A stretch of 61,798 nt of DNA, filler included, from Asterionella formosa (GCA_002256025.1; 19 parts of 19 records of this genome joined end to end with filler, not necessarily neighbours in it), one strand, 5' to 3'; counted from the first letter of the whole stretch, positions 12,381-25,180 are shown. The notes: generated by a model from the letters alone, not told the origin. A program made the numbers and translations.

Positions 12381-12949
12381 ATGGCGCGAAAACAAATTTG
12401 ACAATGGGCAAAGGTGCCGTCGTTTCATGCCTTTCCAAGTACATTCACCCGTAGCTGTGGGTCCGAAATCATCATGTGAACATCGCAAAAGACCATAGAC
12501 TTGAAAGAATGATATTTCGGCAGAGGGAGCTCAAGGAAATCAGAGGTAAGGATGTAATGGCCATTATGGTCATTGCTCCCACCAGGACTGTAGATGATGT
12601 TGATACGACTGAGCTGTATGCCTTTGAAAATCACTTCTAGATCATTTCCGATGGTTTCCAGACACCTTTTACTATAATGAAGGCGATTATTTACTTGAGG
12701 AGGCAGCAGAAGGTGAAGTGATGCTGCCTTCAGAGCTTCTCAAACTTGTCAAGTGTACTACTATTGGCGCAGTTCTTGACACTGAGGATATTGCCATCCC
12801 AGCTAGATTTGTTGATATTGGTGTTGACAATGCCCCAGCATCTGAAAAGGTTTTTCCACAATGAAGTTGCAAACAATTTGTTTGACAATGAGTGAGATAT
12901 GTCAGGAAGTCGCGACAGGAGCCACCAGTTGAATGGATCAAAGGCAGAG
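12381..12949 (+). pseudogene. Degenerate N-terminus of a diatom piggyBac-like transposase
   Basis: MGKGAVVSCLSKYIHP*LWVRNHHVNIAKDHRLERMIFRQRELKEIRGKDVMAI..ELYAFENHF*II matches, from recall, the N-terminal extension of diatom DDE_Tnp_1_7 (piggyBac-type) proteins. It has in-frame stops and is truncated before the DDD core. Confidence 0.5.
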
Positions 12950-13049
12950 NNNNNNNNNNNNNNNNNNNNNNNNNNNNNNNNNNNNNNNNNNNNTTAATTA
13001 ATTAANNNNNNNNNNNNNNNNNNNNNNNNNNNNNNNNNNNNNNNNNNNN

Positions 13050-13955
13050 GAAATACCGGCGACCGAAGAAATAGTAATACCAACAAACAGACGATCTGTC
13101 AGGAGTCTAGGTAGCGTTGGAAGTTTGAGATCCAATGAATCAAATAGTATTTCTGGAGATAAGGTAAATAAGAATAATAAATCAAGGCAAAAAGGGAGAA
13201 CTGGCAGACTTGGTGGCCCTGACGATAGTAACATATGTCAAGCAAGGATTCCAGAAAGAAACCATTCAAGCCATGCGAGGGAAGGCAATAAATGTCAATC
13301 TGCTAGGAAACCACGCCGAAGCCCCTCGTCTGATAAAAAGCCAAGGAAAAGCTCAACTACTGACAAGCCTCGACACATCCATTCTCCCGAAAAATACAGA
13401 CGACGCTCCTCGACTGATAAACCGAAGCGAAGTGCGTCAATTGATAAACCAAGAAGAAACTCGCCTACTGATAGACCGCGCCGCACCTATTCTGTTGACA
13501 AAGTAAAACGAAGCTCCTCTACAGATAATTCGAGAAGCAGTTATTCTACGGAAATTGACATCCCTGACAATTCGACCGATGACAAACTCAACCGGCGAGG
13601 CTTAAATGGTTCTATATTTAAGGCTAAGAAGGCAAAACAGAAAGAATACAATACATTGGAAACCAACGAGAAAAAAGTAAGGCTCAAAAAATCGAATGCA
13701 TCAGGTGTTGAAGCCGATAAACCACGTCGTCGAGGCTCGAACGGGTCAATTTCAATGGATTCGACCCAAATGTCAAAATTTCCTGCTTGTCACACTCGAG
13801 CTTCAATTATATCCACTGACGGAGCCAATAATATTGACAAACAACTCGTCCGTAAAAAAAGGGTCGCCAGGTTGAAAGAACCTAAATCGGAGACAAGATT
13901 TCAACCTCAACCCCCCAGCTGCCAAACCAATTCCCACCGTACCGTTCTCCACTAG
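13050..13955 (+). CDS. S/R/K-rich low-complexity protein, 5'-truncated (allele B, A7 tract)
   Basis: Near-identical to 6527-7363 but reads further, because the tract at 13854-13860 has 7 A. Confidence 0.6.
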   Translation, partial: EIPATEEIVIPTNRRSVRSLGSVGSLRSNESNSISGDKVNKNNKSRQKGRTGRLGGPDDSNICQARIPERNHSSHAREGNKCQSARKPRRSPSSDKKPRKSSTTDKPRHIHSPEKYRRRSSTDKPKRSASIDKPRRNSPTDRPRRTYSVDKVKRSSSTDNSRSSYSTEIDIPDNSTDDKLNRRGLNGSIFKAKKAKQKEYNTLETNEKKVRLKKSNASGVEADKPRRRGSNGSISMDSTQMSKFPACHTRASIISTDGANNIDKQLVRKKRVARLKEPKSETRFQPQPPSCQTNSHRTVLH

Positions 13956-14596
13956 CAATATGCGTAGCTCTTCAAGCCGAGCGTTGTTATCGGAACTAAG
14001 GACTTCTCATTATGACACCGCCACTCCTTCAGAAAGATGCGACACATCGGTTGCTGCAGCTTCAGTTTTGCCACCTTCTGTCAGAAAGGAACGATCATTC
14101 ATTCCAGATCGGATGTCGACGCCCAAGCATTCGCATTTTTAACCTTCGTTTAGTTCCCGCAAAAGTGTCAAGTCGCTAGCAAGCTTGAATATCTAGAGGA
14201 TTGTATGAAGAGGAGAAAATTAACTGTTTGGAGGAATACGTTGTTTTTGATCCATTGTATTTGTTTCTCTGCTGATTCTTTTTTGTCCTTTTTAGCTCGC
14301 TTGAAGCTTATGTTAGGCGAGTTGTGATGTATGAAGGTGACCATGAACCTACCCAAGTAGGACCTGAGGTTGCCTTATAAGGCATGGGATTCCATGAAGC
14401 CACCTATGATATTTGCCATTCTGCGCTTGATTTATCTTTTATGAACTTGATACTGATGATGATACCATGTTACTTCTGAATAAAGATTATATTCATGGGT
14501 TTTTCTTATTCCATCTATCATTTATTTGTACCCATTGTAAAGAACCGAATGTGAATTTCCCCGACAAGGTGCGGATGTCGCCTCCTTTCCCGCACT

Positions 14597-15412
14597 TTAC
14601 TCAAACATATCTGATCCAGCATTGAAAGCGGAGTCATGAATACGACGTAGTTCTTTTTGTCTGTGTGTCGAAATTTGAACACGTTCCAATTCATTCCGAA
14701 GACTTGTGATTATTTGTTCTTTGACGTCTAGTGCCTGTTCCAAGTTCCAAATAGATTCTTCACGAATTTTAATCTTTTGTTCGTAGTCGTTGTTTTGTTC
14801 CTCATGTTGTTCTTGAAGTTGCTCCATTCTGCGTTCCATGGATTCGCAAGAGGATGCAGATTCTGTGGTCGTGGTGACTGTGTCGGTGGATCCAACATGA
14901 CATGATGAAGTGCCAAACAACGATCTGGTAGAAAAGATTTTCGAAAGATGAAGTGACAGGTCCATCGATGACGTTAACGCTCTCCTTCCCTTCCGTGCGA
15001 GTCGATCCCTGTTATCCTCAGTAAGTTCCAATGAGTACTCGTCTTCCTGATCGTCGTGTCTGTCTTCGTTTTCTCCACGACGAGGAAAGAATGGAGGCGT
15101 CGTGTGTCGTCGCGAGGAAGGCTTGTTCCGTGCCGCGAAAAAGGCCGCCAATGCTTCCGGCTGCTGTCCAAGTGCTTTCTTCGTCGTCTCCTTCTTTGCC
15201 AACAAATCTTTCTCGAGAGACTCACAACGACTTTGTAAGTGTCGGACATTTAACTCTTGTTCTGTCTTTTCCTGTTCCAAAATCTCGATTTCTTGCCAAC
15301 TTTTGGCAAGTGCTGCTCTTGCGTCACGACGAAGTTTTTCTAATTCCCAATACAACTGATCAGCAGATTGAAATGAGCGTTGAGAGGTACTTTTGTGTGG
15401 ATAGCTGGACAT
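14597..15412 (-). CDS. Hypothetical coiled-coil protein (allele B), 271 aa
   Basis: Intact ORF with few amino-acid differences from 8075-8890. Confidence 0.75.
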   Translation of the reverse strand: MSSYPHKSTSQRSFQSADQLYWELEKLRRDARAALAKSWQEIEILEQEKTEQELNVRHLQSRCESLEKDLLAKKETTKKALGQQPEALAAFFAARNKPSSRRHTTPPFFPRRGENEDRHDDQEDEYSLELTEDNRDRLARKGRRALTSSMDLSLHLSKIFSTRSLFGTSSCHVGSTDTVTTTTESASSCESMERRMEQLQEQHEEQNNDYEQKIKIREESIWNLEQALDVKEQIITSLRNELERVQISTHRQKELRRIHDSAFNAGSDMFE

Positions 15413-17939
15413 GTTTGCTTGTAGTAATGGAAGGGTAATTTATTTTTTCAAAAATGACAACGAAGCAACAGGAATCAAATTTGTGAGACCTAAATACCGG
15501 TAAAATAGTGAATACCGGAATGCGGTCGTTTTATTATTTCCTGATGGCTTGTTGAATCTAATGTATACTGATGCATACTACGGGAAAGGATGTCCGTATG
15601 TGTTTGACCTACGTTGACTACCTTGGTATTTACTTTGTACCTGCCAAAAACACATATTAACAATTCACTCAGTTTCGGTCCATGCCATAACCGAACGCAC
15701 CGTACCGGTAAGTTGTCTTATTGCTCTTACAGGAGGGCCATACATTTGCATCATTTAGAGGAACATCCGAAATCATATGATGTTAATAGTAATGTGTGAC
15801 TGATTAAATAAAAGTCATCGCAATGAGTCACACTTCCGGTATGTCCATACCGACATCTATTTGTATGATGTATCTCACATATATATATTTTGTAAGTCAA
15901 TGAATGGAGGCACAATGTGAGAATACGGGCACTGTCCTGAACGACACAGTATTTGAACGCTCGAAATTGCTGTGACTATTGATTGTGTATGCAGTTGCCC
16001 GTAATCAATATATCTAAACGCAAGTGCCAGTATGAAACAAAGAAAAAAGGTTGAACTACTGTATACTCTGCAGTATTTATTAGCATCATCTGTGATACAA
16101 ACATATATTGTTGAGGCAACAACGAGGCTTACCGGTATCTATTTGTGATTTCATGACGACAGCGACTCTTTCCTTCATGTGTTGACACATGGCCGATACT
16201 CGTCATTTACNNNNNNNNNNNNNNNNNNNNNNNNNNNNNNNNNNNNNNNNNNNNTTAATTAATTAANNNNNNNNNNNNNNNNNNNNNNNNNNNNNNNNNN
16301 NNNNNNNNNNAAACAAGGGGCGGTGCCATGTTCATGAAGAATAATCTCTTGTTTCGTTGAAGTAAACTGAATTCAATCAGTTATGTCTAGCAATGAACTG
16401 AACAACACGACTTGTTGCTTGTTGCTATTATCGCTCTGAATGATCGGAACAGAAGTCAACTTGTGGATGGGCTCAACCTAAACACGCTGAACGGGCAGCA
16501 AACGCCAGGCAAGAGCAATTTACGCAACTCTCAGATGATGTCCACGGAGGGAGACAAATCTATATATATTGTGGAGCAACCTTGTAATTTCAAAAATGAG
16601 AACTTCTGTATACGCTACAGGTATTTAATTGCATCAAATGAAAGAGTATCGTACACTTTAGTCCATTTTATGCCATGTATAAGTACCAGCACCAGGTACT
16701 ATAGTACTCCTTACTAGCAATTATTTCTATGCTTATGAATCGTAGCATGTGGTGTGATCTAAACATACAGGGTAATTTTTATGCTGTAAACTCGGAGTAC
16801 TGCTTTTTCCTGGTGCCAGTACCTGGTACGCTAATCGACACGCTGATGTTACTTGTTGTGGTTCCAATCATTTTCAGGGCAGCACCAGACAGTACTGTAC
16901 TCATACATGGCATCAGGAATTTTTGGTACTGGTACCAGGTACTAGTACGCATTCCGGAGCATTCCATTATGATCACAGAAAAAATGACAAATTCATTCAT
17001 GTGAACAAGGACGAAGTGAGCGAAAAAGCGCATTATAGAATATTCATATCAAATAAGAGCATTTGACAACAAAATAATCGAAGACATAACACCACAGTAC
17101 TTGGGAGTCACGGGATACGACTCACTTTATCATACCGGTCGTACTACTATTTCCAGTAGCAAATAAGTGATGAGATTACGCACCCTCATAACCTGATTAT
17201 GGCTGATAATAATAGTACGTACGGTGGTCTGGTTTTTTTGAATTACAACCGGGTACCTGGTAGTGACTTCTTCCCACTACGTAGTACACTGAAGGACTAC
17301 CAGGTACCCTATCTTACCGGTAGAAGGACCAGTCAAGGCAAATGTTTCTCACACCACCAGTCATTTGCACAATATCATTCTTCTATACATGAAGATATGA
17401 CAAAGCAATACTTTTTTTGACCCTCCTCACCGGTAAAGTCATTGGACACATTTCAACACAAGAGGAGCCTATCTTATCATGCTTACTATCCGGACATTGA
17501 TAAATTGATAGTACGGTAACTGATGATACTCTGGTATTACTTGTAACAATCAACCCAAGTTGTATTTTTCTGTAGGCCTCAAGTATCGTTCTACTGCAGA
17601 TGGTGGACCATGACCGTATTTTTCCGTACTTGATCACGCGAAAGTACAGTATTGTACAAAAAAGAAAAAATCAACCCGGTTGCATTTACGGTTTATTTTG
17701 TACTCCCTTTTTGGTTGAAAAATGAACTCTGATTAGTCGTAGAAAGTCATAAAAATATGCACCTGAAGATGGTGGTACCAGGTACCTGGTACCATTATCA
17801 GGTACCAGGTAGGAGTAACCTGGTAGTACCAGGTTGCTCCATTTGAACCCCTAGCTCGACACAGGGTTTATAAAATAATATTGAGTCAGACTAATCAAAC
17901 ACATACTTTCCACATATAAATCAAATATGTATAGCGCTC

Positions 17940-18600
17940 AATGGAGCTTTCACCAAAAGACACCCTTTCCATATGCTTAAATCCAGTCTTCGTACAAAGG
18001 TGGGGTGTAGGTCCACTCAATATATTGTCAGCATATAGGATCTGGTCAGAAACTGCAGAAAGGAACTTCTTTTCTTAACTATGCTAAAAGTTTCTCGCCA
18101 GAAGTTATATACTGATGCTATTTGAAAGTTACCTATGTATCTAAATTGCCATCAGACCCAGCCAACATTTAGCTATTGTCATCCAAAAACTCGACAAAAT
18201 CGGCCTTTTCTACGGTTGCCAAAATATCGGAATCAGAATCATTAAGTGCCAAAACGTCATGGAATGCTAGTTGTGTGCCGGAATTTTTAATCCTAAAATC
18301 TCCTGTCCAAAAAATTCCATAGTAAGTGCCCGCTTCCACATATAGAATATGATTGGTGAACGTGAATTACATTCCTCTGTTTGATTGGCCTGGTTTGCGA
18401 GGTCTTGCAAACCCACACTGGCCACATTGGATAAACATGTAACATTTTCTTGGGTGTACTGACAGTCTGGTGCTATATTCATGATGGGTACTAGTAGATG
18501 ATCATCATTGGACATACACATACCACTCCTTGAGTGCACTTTCAAATATTTGCCGAGCCGCCAGGTTGTATACATGACACATAGTTGTCGATCGGAGTAT
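17940..18600. repeat. Dispersed repeat homologous to 56120-56810
   Basis: Collinear blocks such as GAGCTTTCACCAA, ATATAGGATCTGG, CTGCAGAAAGGAACTTC, GTTACCTATGTATCTAAATTGCC, ATATCGGAATCAGAATCA and GAGTGCACTTTCAAATATTTGCC occur in both contigs. Confidence 0.9.
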
Positions 18601-18796
18601 AGATTGTAGCACTGGTATATGCACATAAAGCGAGCGATGTAGAATCTGAATATGTCGAATGGATTCAATGCATAGCATATAAGATCATAAATTGGAGTAT
18701 AGAGTGTACATGCATGTATGTAAATTGTATTTTTAGGGTACATACATTCAGCGACTAAGAGTGTTTCTACATATATTTAGCGATTTCGACAAGGAA

Positions 18797-19078
18797 ACTA
18801 TGTACGTATTCGCAAAGTTCCACTGATTTTAAAATTTCAAATGGAATCACGTCATTCAAAAATAGCTAATTAAATTCTTAATTCTGGTAGTTCAAAAGCA
18901 ATGGAACCAGACACTGGTGTGGAAATGATGATTGATACTATGTACGTATTCGCAAAGTTCCACTGATTTTAATATTTCAAATGGAATCACATCATTCAAA
19001 AATAGCTAATTAAATTCTTAATTCTGGTAGTTCAAAAGCAATGGAACCAGACACTGGTGTGGAAATGATGATTGATAC
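18797..19078 (+). repeat. 140-bp tandem duplication
   Basis: ACTATGTACGTATTCGC...GATGATTGATAC repeats with period 140 and only about two mismatches. Confidence 0.95.
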
Positions 19079-19470
19079 AGTACTGAAAACCAATGTTATC
19101 TACTATACAATCATCTGTGATGATGATTCTACTATTCAAGCTGTTTCTAAGTGGTTGTATAAGGAGTCATGGAAACTACAGCCATCCTTCCAATGGCCAA
19201 GAACATTGAAAGGATTAAAAAATCGGACTTAGTATGATGCCTTCCACTGATTGTCCCGGAACCTGCATTTCTGTCTGACCCATCATCCCACAGTGTACGG
19301 GTTCTTCTCCGAATAGCTTTTCAGCTTTTTTGAAACAGTCTCCCTCAAGCGTCCCTCAAAAGCAGATTGTCTCCTGTTGAAAGTTAACTATGGCGCTTGG
19401 ATTAAAAAAACCGTAACCTCTCTCTGGCCGAGTTTAGTAGTTCCTCCAAGGCACCAATCAACCATTTATT
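19020..19470 (+). pseudogene. Mutator-like transposase remnant
   Basis: GSSKAME..IICDDDSTI, then after frameshifts LPLIVPEPAFLSDPS and ADCLLLKVNYGAWIKK..INHLF, characteristic of stramenopile Mutator-like transposases. Confidence 0.7.
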
Positions 19471-19570
19471 NNNNNNNNNNNNNNNNNNNNNNNNNNNNNN
19501 NNNNNNNNNNNNNNTTAATTAATTAANNNNNNNNNNNNNNNNNNNNNNNNNNNNNNNNNNNNNNNNNNNN

Positions 19571-22500
19571 GATATTGAATATTGTCTGTCAAGATGGGAT
19601 GATTAAGGAAACATGTAAGCAGAGGTTCATCATCTAATTCAATTGAAAAAGTAGAAGTGGAAGTTGATGTTGGAGATTTCGGTCCAATATCAATATCATC
19701 CTCCACCAAAGACTCAAGCCTCGGGAGGCGAGAGATGGAATCTGCAATAGCATTGTCAGTCCCTTTCACATAATGAAAAGTAGGATGGTATTCTTCAATG
19801 TAAAGTCGCCATCGTAGAACACGTTGTGTATGTAATGTATTATAAATAAGATTTCGATGATCAGTGTGAACATGTAGAACTGCGCCCAATAACATAGAGC
19901 GAAATTCTTTGAAAGTTTCTACCACAGAAAGTAATTCTTTTTCAATAGTAGTATAATTCTTTTGAGCAGCAGATAATTTGCGAGAATAATAAGCAACTGG
20001 GAGATCATTTTGCATAATGACCGACCCTAATTGATAATCAGAGGCATCAGTAAAGATATGAAAAGGGAGATTATGGTCAGGATAACGCATGAGTGTATCT
20101 GCAACTAACAATGCTTTCATTTCTTCAAAAGCTTGTTGATGGATAGGTAACCAGACAAAGGGACTAGTTCCAATTAAATCCGTAAGTGGTCCAAGAACAT
20201 GCGATCGTCTAGGAAACATGTCTCGATAGTAAGTAACAGCACCGAGAAATGATCGAACTTGTTTAAGATTGGTAGGTGAAGACATATTAATCAATGCTCG
20301 GACTTTTTTAGACCAAGGTTTCAGTCCATTAGGAGTTAACCAATAGCCTAACCAATCTGTCTCTTGGACGGCCCATTCACACTTAGATGGATTAATTGTA
20401 AAACCATTTATCTGTAAACGATGTAAAATAGTGTCCAATAAATGAAGGTGATCTGAAAAATTCATTGAAAAACAACCCACATCATCAATATAAATTTCCA
20501 CATCATCTAAATCACTAAGGATCTGTTCCATAGTTTCTTGTGCAATGTCAGATGATTGTTTCACCCCCATAGGCAGGCGTAAATATTTATATAAACCAAA
20601 TGGAGTTGAAATAACACACAAGTTTTGACTCTCCACATCCAATGCAAAAGTATAGTATTGCATGGAAACATCCAATTTGGTGAAAAATACATATCCAGCA
20701 CGTTTAGTGAGAATAGTTTGTATTCGAGGCAAAGGATATATATTGCGATTGATGACTTTATTAAGTTCACGAAAATCTGATACCCATCGGACACTTCCAT
20801 CTTTTTTTGGAATAATAAAAGTGGGAGATGCCCATTTAGAAGCACCACATTTTTGTAGGACTCCAATATCACATAATCGTTGTAATTCAGTTTTGAAAAC
20901 TTCTAAATGAATATGAGCGACCGGATATGCTCGTTGATGACGAGGGACAGCATTTGATAATAATTCCAAATGTACCTGTTTGTGAGGATAGACTTTTAAT
21001 TTGCCATCAAATAATGTTTGATATTTAACCAATATAGATCGTAAACATGATCGTTGTATTGTTGTCAAATGTATTTGTTTATCCACCACTGTATCAATAT
21101 TTATATAATTATATTCAGCAGCTTTAATTTCCAGCGCATATGAAGATTCCACAATCATAGGTGCATCGAAATATAATAATACATCTTGTAAACGTTCTCT
21201 ATCATCAAAGAATGTGAGCGGATGCATAGGAACGATCATATCCATACAGGACATGGTGTTATTTACGAAATCAATGGTTAAACCAACTTGACGGAGGAAA
21301 TCACGTCCAAAAATAACATCAAATGTGCATAGACCATTAAAGACTTGACATTTTTGTTGTAAAATATGAGCGGATCGATTAAATTCTGGTAAAATCAGGT
21401 CATATAGCATGACACTGGCATGAGATGAATAAGTACCAGCTATGGTATGTATTAATTGGGAAGTCTCGTCAGACAAAGAAATACCTTGAGGCATAACCCG
21501 TTCATGTATTAAGGATAATGATCCTCCACTATCGAATAATACTCGTAGTATTTTATGTATCGGTATATTATCCACCAATTTTGGCGCTAAAAGGGACATC
21601 GGAATCAAATCAATTGATGTTAATATATCCTTAGAAGTAAAACAAGAAACCGGAATTGGTCCCTGATATGTATGTGGAACATCATGTCCATCAATACAGT
21701 TATATATATCCCGCGTTACATTAACAGCGGTATCCATAGTGTATTCAACCTGTAAATAAACAATATTATTCAGGTGATGACTAACGTGAGATATACTCAA
21801 CGAGTCATTATTAATAGCATCGCTATTATCGCACATACCTCTGTAATGGCGATCAGCAATCTGCTGTTGTGTAGTAGGGACAAAAGTCACTAGCTGACCA
21901 GCAGGAGGGTTCGTGACCACTGAAATTTCCTGGGCAGATGTATTCTCGGTAGGATCGGCACGTGGCACGGTACCCCAACCGGATGGATGAGTATTATGAC
22001 CCCATGCATTTAACATACGAGCATGTGGAACAGGCACAGGGTTAGCAGTGTCAGTATGATAGCTTTCCGTAGGATTGCTGTGTACACCGCCTCCACGACC
22101 ACCAAAATGTCCTCGTCTACCGAAACTGGAACGGCCATATCCATTATGACGACCAGCCATACGACCTGCTCGACCACCTTGAGTACGAGGATTTTGGAAA
22201 CAATTGCCCCAAGTATGTACACTTTCAGGATGTACCGGGCAAGGACCACGATAATCATGGTATGTACGACTGGCTTGTAGAGCTTGATGACGAACAGTTG
22301 CCTGACGATCCCATGCGCGTCCGGCTGCATTGACAATAGCACGCGCTCTTCCACGACCACTTGGAGTAAAATTATCCTTGTAGAATTGACGTCCGACACG
22401 CTCGTTTTCTTGATGCATCACACGATTGCCTTCAGCAATGCGAAGACGGTTCTGTGTGATTGTTTGAAAACTGTTCTTGGGAAGATGCTTGTTTCGATCC

Positions 22501-22730
22501 TTAAACGATTGTTGACTCTCGAAGTAAGCGAGAACCGAGCGAATCGATTGGTCTGAAGTCTTTGCATGATTTAATTCAAACTCTTGTTGCCACTCATCGG
22601 GCATAGAACGGATAATGATAATCCGTATATCTTCTTTTGACAATCCAACTTGATCTTCTGGATGAGGCATTAGTTGAAGTAGCCTGTTTAAAGTTTTAAT
22701 ACGAGCTCCGTAATCCATTACCAACATGGA
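19571..22730 (-). mobile_element. Ty3/Gypsy LTR retrotransposon gag-pol, internal fragment as one open frame
   Basis: Order gag, protease (LFDSGG..IFGRDFL), RT (WASPTFIIPKKDG..DFRELN, LPMG, YIDD), RNase H (TDASDYQLG, EKELL, TDH.NL, ADSISR). Open across the whole contig; integrase lies beyond the end. Confidence 0.97.
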
Positions 22731-22977
22731 NNNNNNNNNNNNNNNNNNNNNNNNNNNNNNNNNNNNNNNNNNNNTTAATTAATTAANNNNNNNNNNNNNN
22801 NNNNNNNNNNNNNNNNNNNNNNNNNNNNNNCCGTGACTGAATTTGACTGATTTTACTTAAGGGGGTCCAGGACAATGAAGAGATTTCCCTTATACTAGTC
22901 CTAAGTTAATTTTATTAGTTCTACAGGATGGCGCGCATTTTTCTAATATTTATTAATCTGATAACTGTTTCCGAAAA

Positions 22978-24159
22978 GTGAAAAATAAGAAAGATAAAGA
23001 AAAGCGCGACATCGTGGATGAAGCATGGGAACTCCCCGGCATCATCAAGGCTGTTGCACGTAAGTATGGCATTGGCGCCAGCAATATTCGGCGCTGGAAA
23101 GCTAACTTTCATGATTTCGACAATCGGTATTCTGATGTAGAAGGTTTATTGTTGGATGAGGGGCGTCTCCTTCTGAAAAAACAAACTTTTCATTTAGGCA
23201 AGTCACGTAGCAATAGTGCAACTGAATTTGCGGCGATTCGTCTCTTGTATGATCAGCTTCGTGGTGATGATCGCGCTTGTTCGATCATGTTGCTTGCTGC
23301 TGAGCTGAAGCGCTTGTCAGGACACGTTGCTAGCTTGAGCGTTATTCAACAGCGTGTAGCTCGTTAGTGCACATCCCAAAACATTGTTTATCGTCGTATC
23401 ACCCACAAGGCACAAAACACGCGCTATGTACTGAGTGTCATGCAGGAGTATCTCCAGTACATAAACGCACAGTTTCTTGAAGGGTCGTATCATCGTGCTA
23501 GTATCGTAAATATAGATGAGAAAAACATTTATTTCGATATGGCAGGCGGGCTCATACTAGCTGATAAAGGTGCGAAAACCATCAGTTTACGCACCAATGG
23601 CAGCAGCATGCGTTGCACAGTGTTGTTGGGTGTTACGATGTCTGGAGAGAAGCTTGCTTTTCTTGTTGTTTTCAAAGGAGTACCTGATGCCAGGATCCAG
23701 CGAGAATTCAACAATCAACAGTTTGCTTATCCCCCACAGATGTTTTATTGTTGTCAGGCAAAGGCATGGGTCGATGAGTCGGTGTTTGCGCTTTGGATTC
23801 GGGAAGTCTGGAAACCATGGACGATCAGCCATGATTCTCAACCAAGCTACCTCCTGATGGACGAGTTCCAGGTGCATTTGATGGCGACGAGCCTCAATGC
23901 AATTAAGAATTGTGGCACTGCTGTGGGCTTCATTTGTGGTGGCTACACATCAAAACTTCAAGTTTTGGACGTTGGAGTAAACAAGCCCTTTCAGGGTTTT
24001 GTTAGGAATGCCTATGAGGACTGGATGGTCGCCCATCCTCATGGTACAAAGGTGAAGCGGCAGGATGTCGCTCAGTGGGTTTGGACAGCTTGGCTGAGGG
24101 TGTCACAATCAACAATTTTGAACACTTGGAATGCGGTTGGTTACATTGCAAGCGATTGA
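22978..24159 (+). pseudogene. pogo/Tigger-type DDE_1 transposase with one premature stop
   Basis: HTH (AVARKYGIGASNIRRW), RRITH, NIDE, CTVLLGVTMSGEKL, QAKAWVD, LLMDEFQVH, GGYTSKLQVLDVGVNKPF. A single in-frame TAG at 23365-23367 joins two same-frame ORFs. Confidence 0.92.
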
Positions 24160-24465
24160 TGACTCTATTTTATTCAAAAAGTGTAGCATGTGACTAGAAA
24201 TATAACTTTATAGTCTGCTTAAGCATGCTCTATTGTTATATTATTTGTTTGTAGAAGCAATTCCATAGCGTTAATGTTAAACAGCTTAAGTCGTAATTTA
24301 CGATTTGATTTTTCGTGTTGAAGCTACTAGTAGAATTACTGTTGAAGTGAATCACTATAAATGCTAAAGGAAATGACTCTGAAGTCTATTTACTGTTCTA
24401 CAATATTATCATAAATAGTATAGAATGCATTTCTACATCGTTATTGAGGACTGCTACAATCGAAT

Positions 24466-24663
24466 CTACTCCTGGCCCTGAATATCCTCCATCAAGCGGA
24501 ATGAAGCCATTCCGGCATTCCTCTTGCTCTTCTTGTTCATCATAGAATTTTCATTGTCATCATACAGTTCTAGCACCTGCGCAAACTTGTCAATGTACTT
24601 GCTCCGTTGTGAAGGCAATGCTGCAACTTCTCTGCCCAGAAACCCAACAGTGCAAAGTTCCGT
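24466..24663 (-). pseudogene. C-terminal part of a small convergent ORF, cut by the LTR insertion
   Basis: Reads TELCTVGFLGREVAALPSQRSKYIDKFAQVLELYDDNENSMMNKKSKRNAGMASFRLMEDIQGQE*; starts immediately at the LTR edge. Absent from the ORF track because it has no start codon. Confidence 0.55.
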
Positions 24664-24665
24664 GG

Positions 24666-25139
24666 TGTGAGAATATTCGAAGTTCCTACGGGTGATTAGT
24701 CGTACGATCCCAGTATGAAAGTATCTGATGGGTTTCCGGGTTTGTTTTCGGTTGTTGTTGGATTCGATTTGTAGCTTGCTTCAGATGCCGATGCTGTTTC
24801 CATCAAAGCTGCTGGGTCCTCCTTGACAATGTTTGGTGGCGATATCAGTATCGATTTGAGAGGTGGTATGGGCGATGTTACAGGTGTCATTCATGTATAT
24901 TCGAATGTTCCCGGTCTTCTTTTGTTGCCGTTTTGTGAGCGATCCAACTAATGGTTGATGAGTTGCCTTTTGTGGAAATGACGATACTATCTCATATAAC
25001 TAAAATAGATTCGTTCGATATTGATCCTGTCTTATTGGTTATTAAACTACGTTTATTTGTATTTGATATTCGGTGGTTTCCCTCACGCTTCCCCTGCGCT
25101 TACAACGACAAAACGTCGTCTCCAGATTTACTTCTAACA
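24666..25139 (+). mobile_element. Putative 5' LTR of a Copia element (474 bp)
   Basis: TG...CA ends with imperfect terminal inverted repeat TGTGAGAA / TTCTAACA (7 of 8), a TATA-like TATAAC near 24995, and gag ATG 41 nt downstream. No second LTR is available to confirm. Confidence 0.6.
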
Positions 25140-25180
25140 TTCTTCGTCGATCTCCTTGACTTCGCGGACTCGCTCCCAAC

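Noticed and set aside
13050..16210. Tandem segmental duplication of 6527-9688
   Set aside because: The copies are separate contigs with identical end points, typical of a heterozygous assembly bubble, and lie close only because of length sorting.
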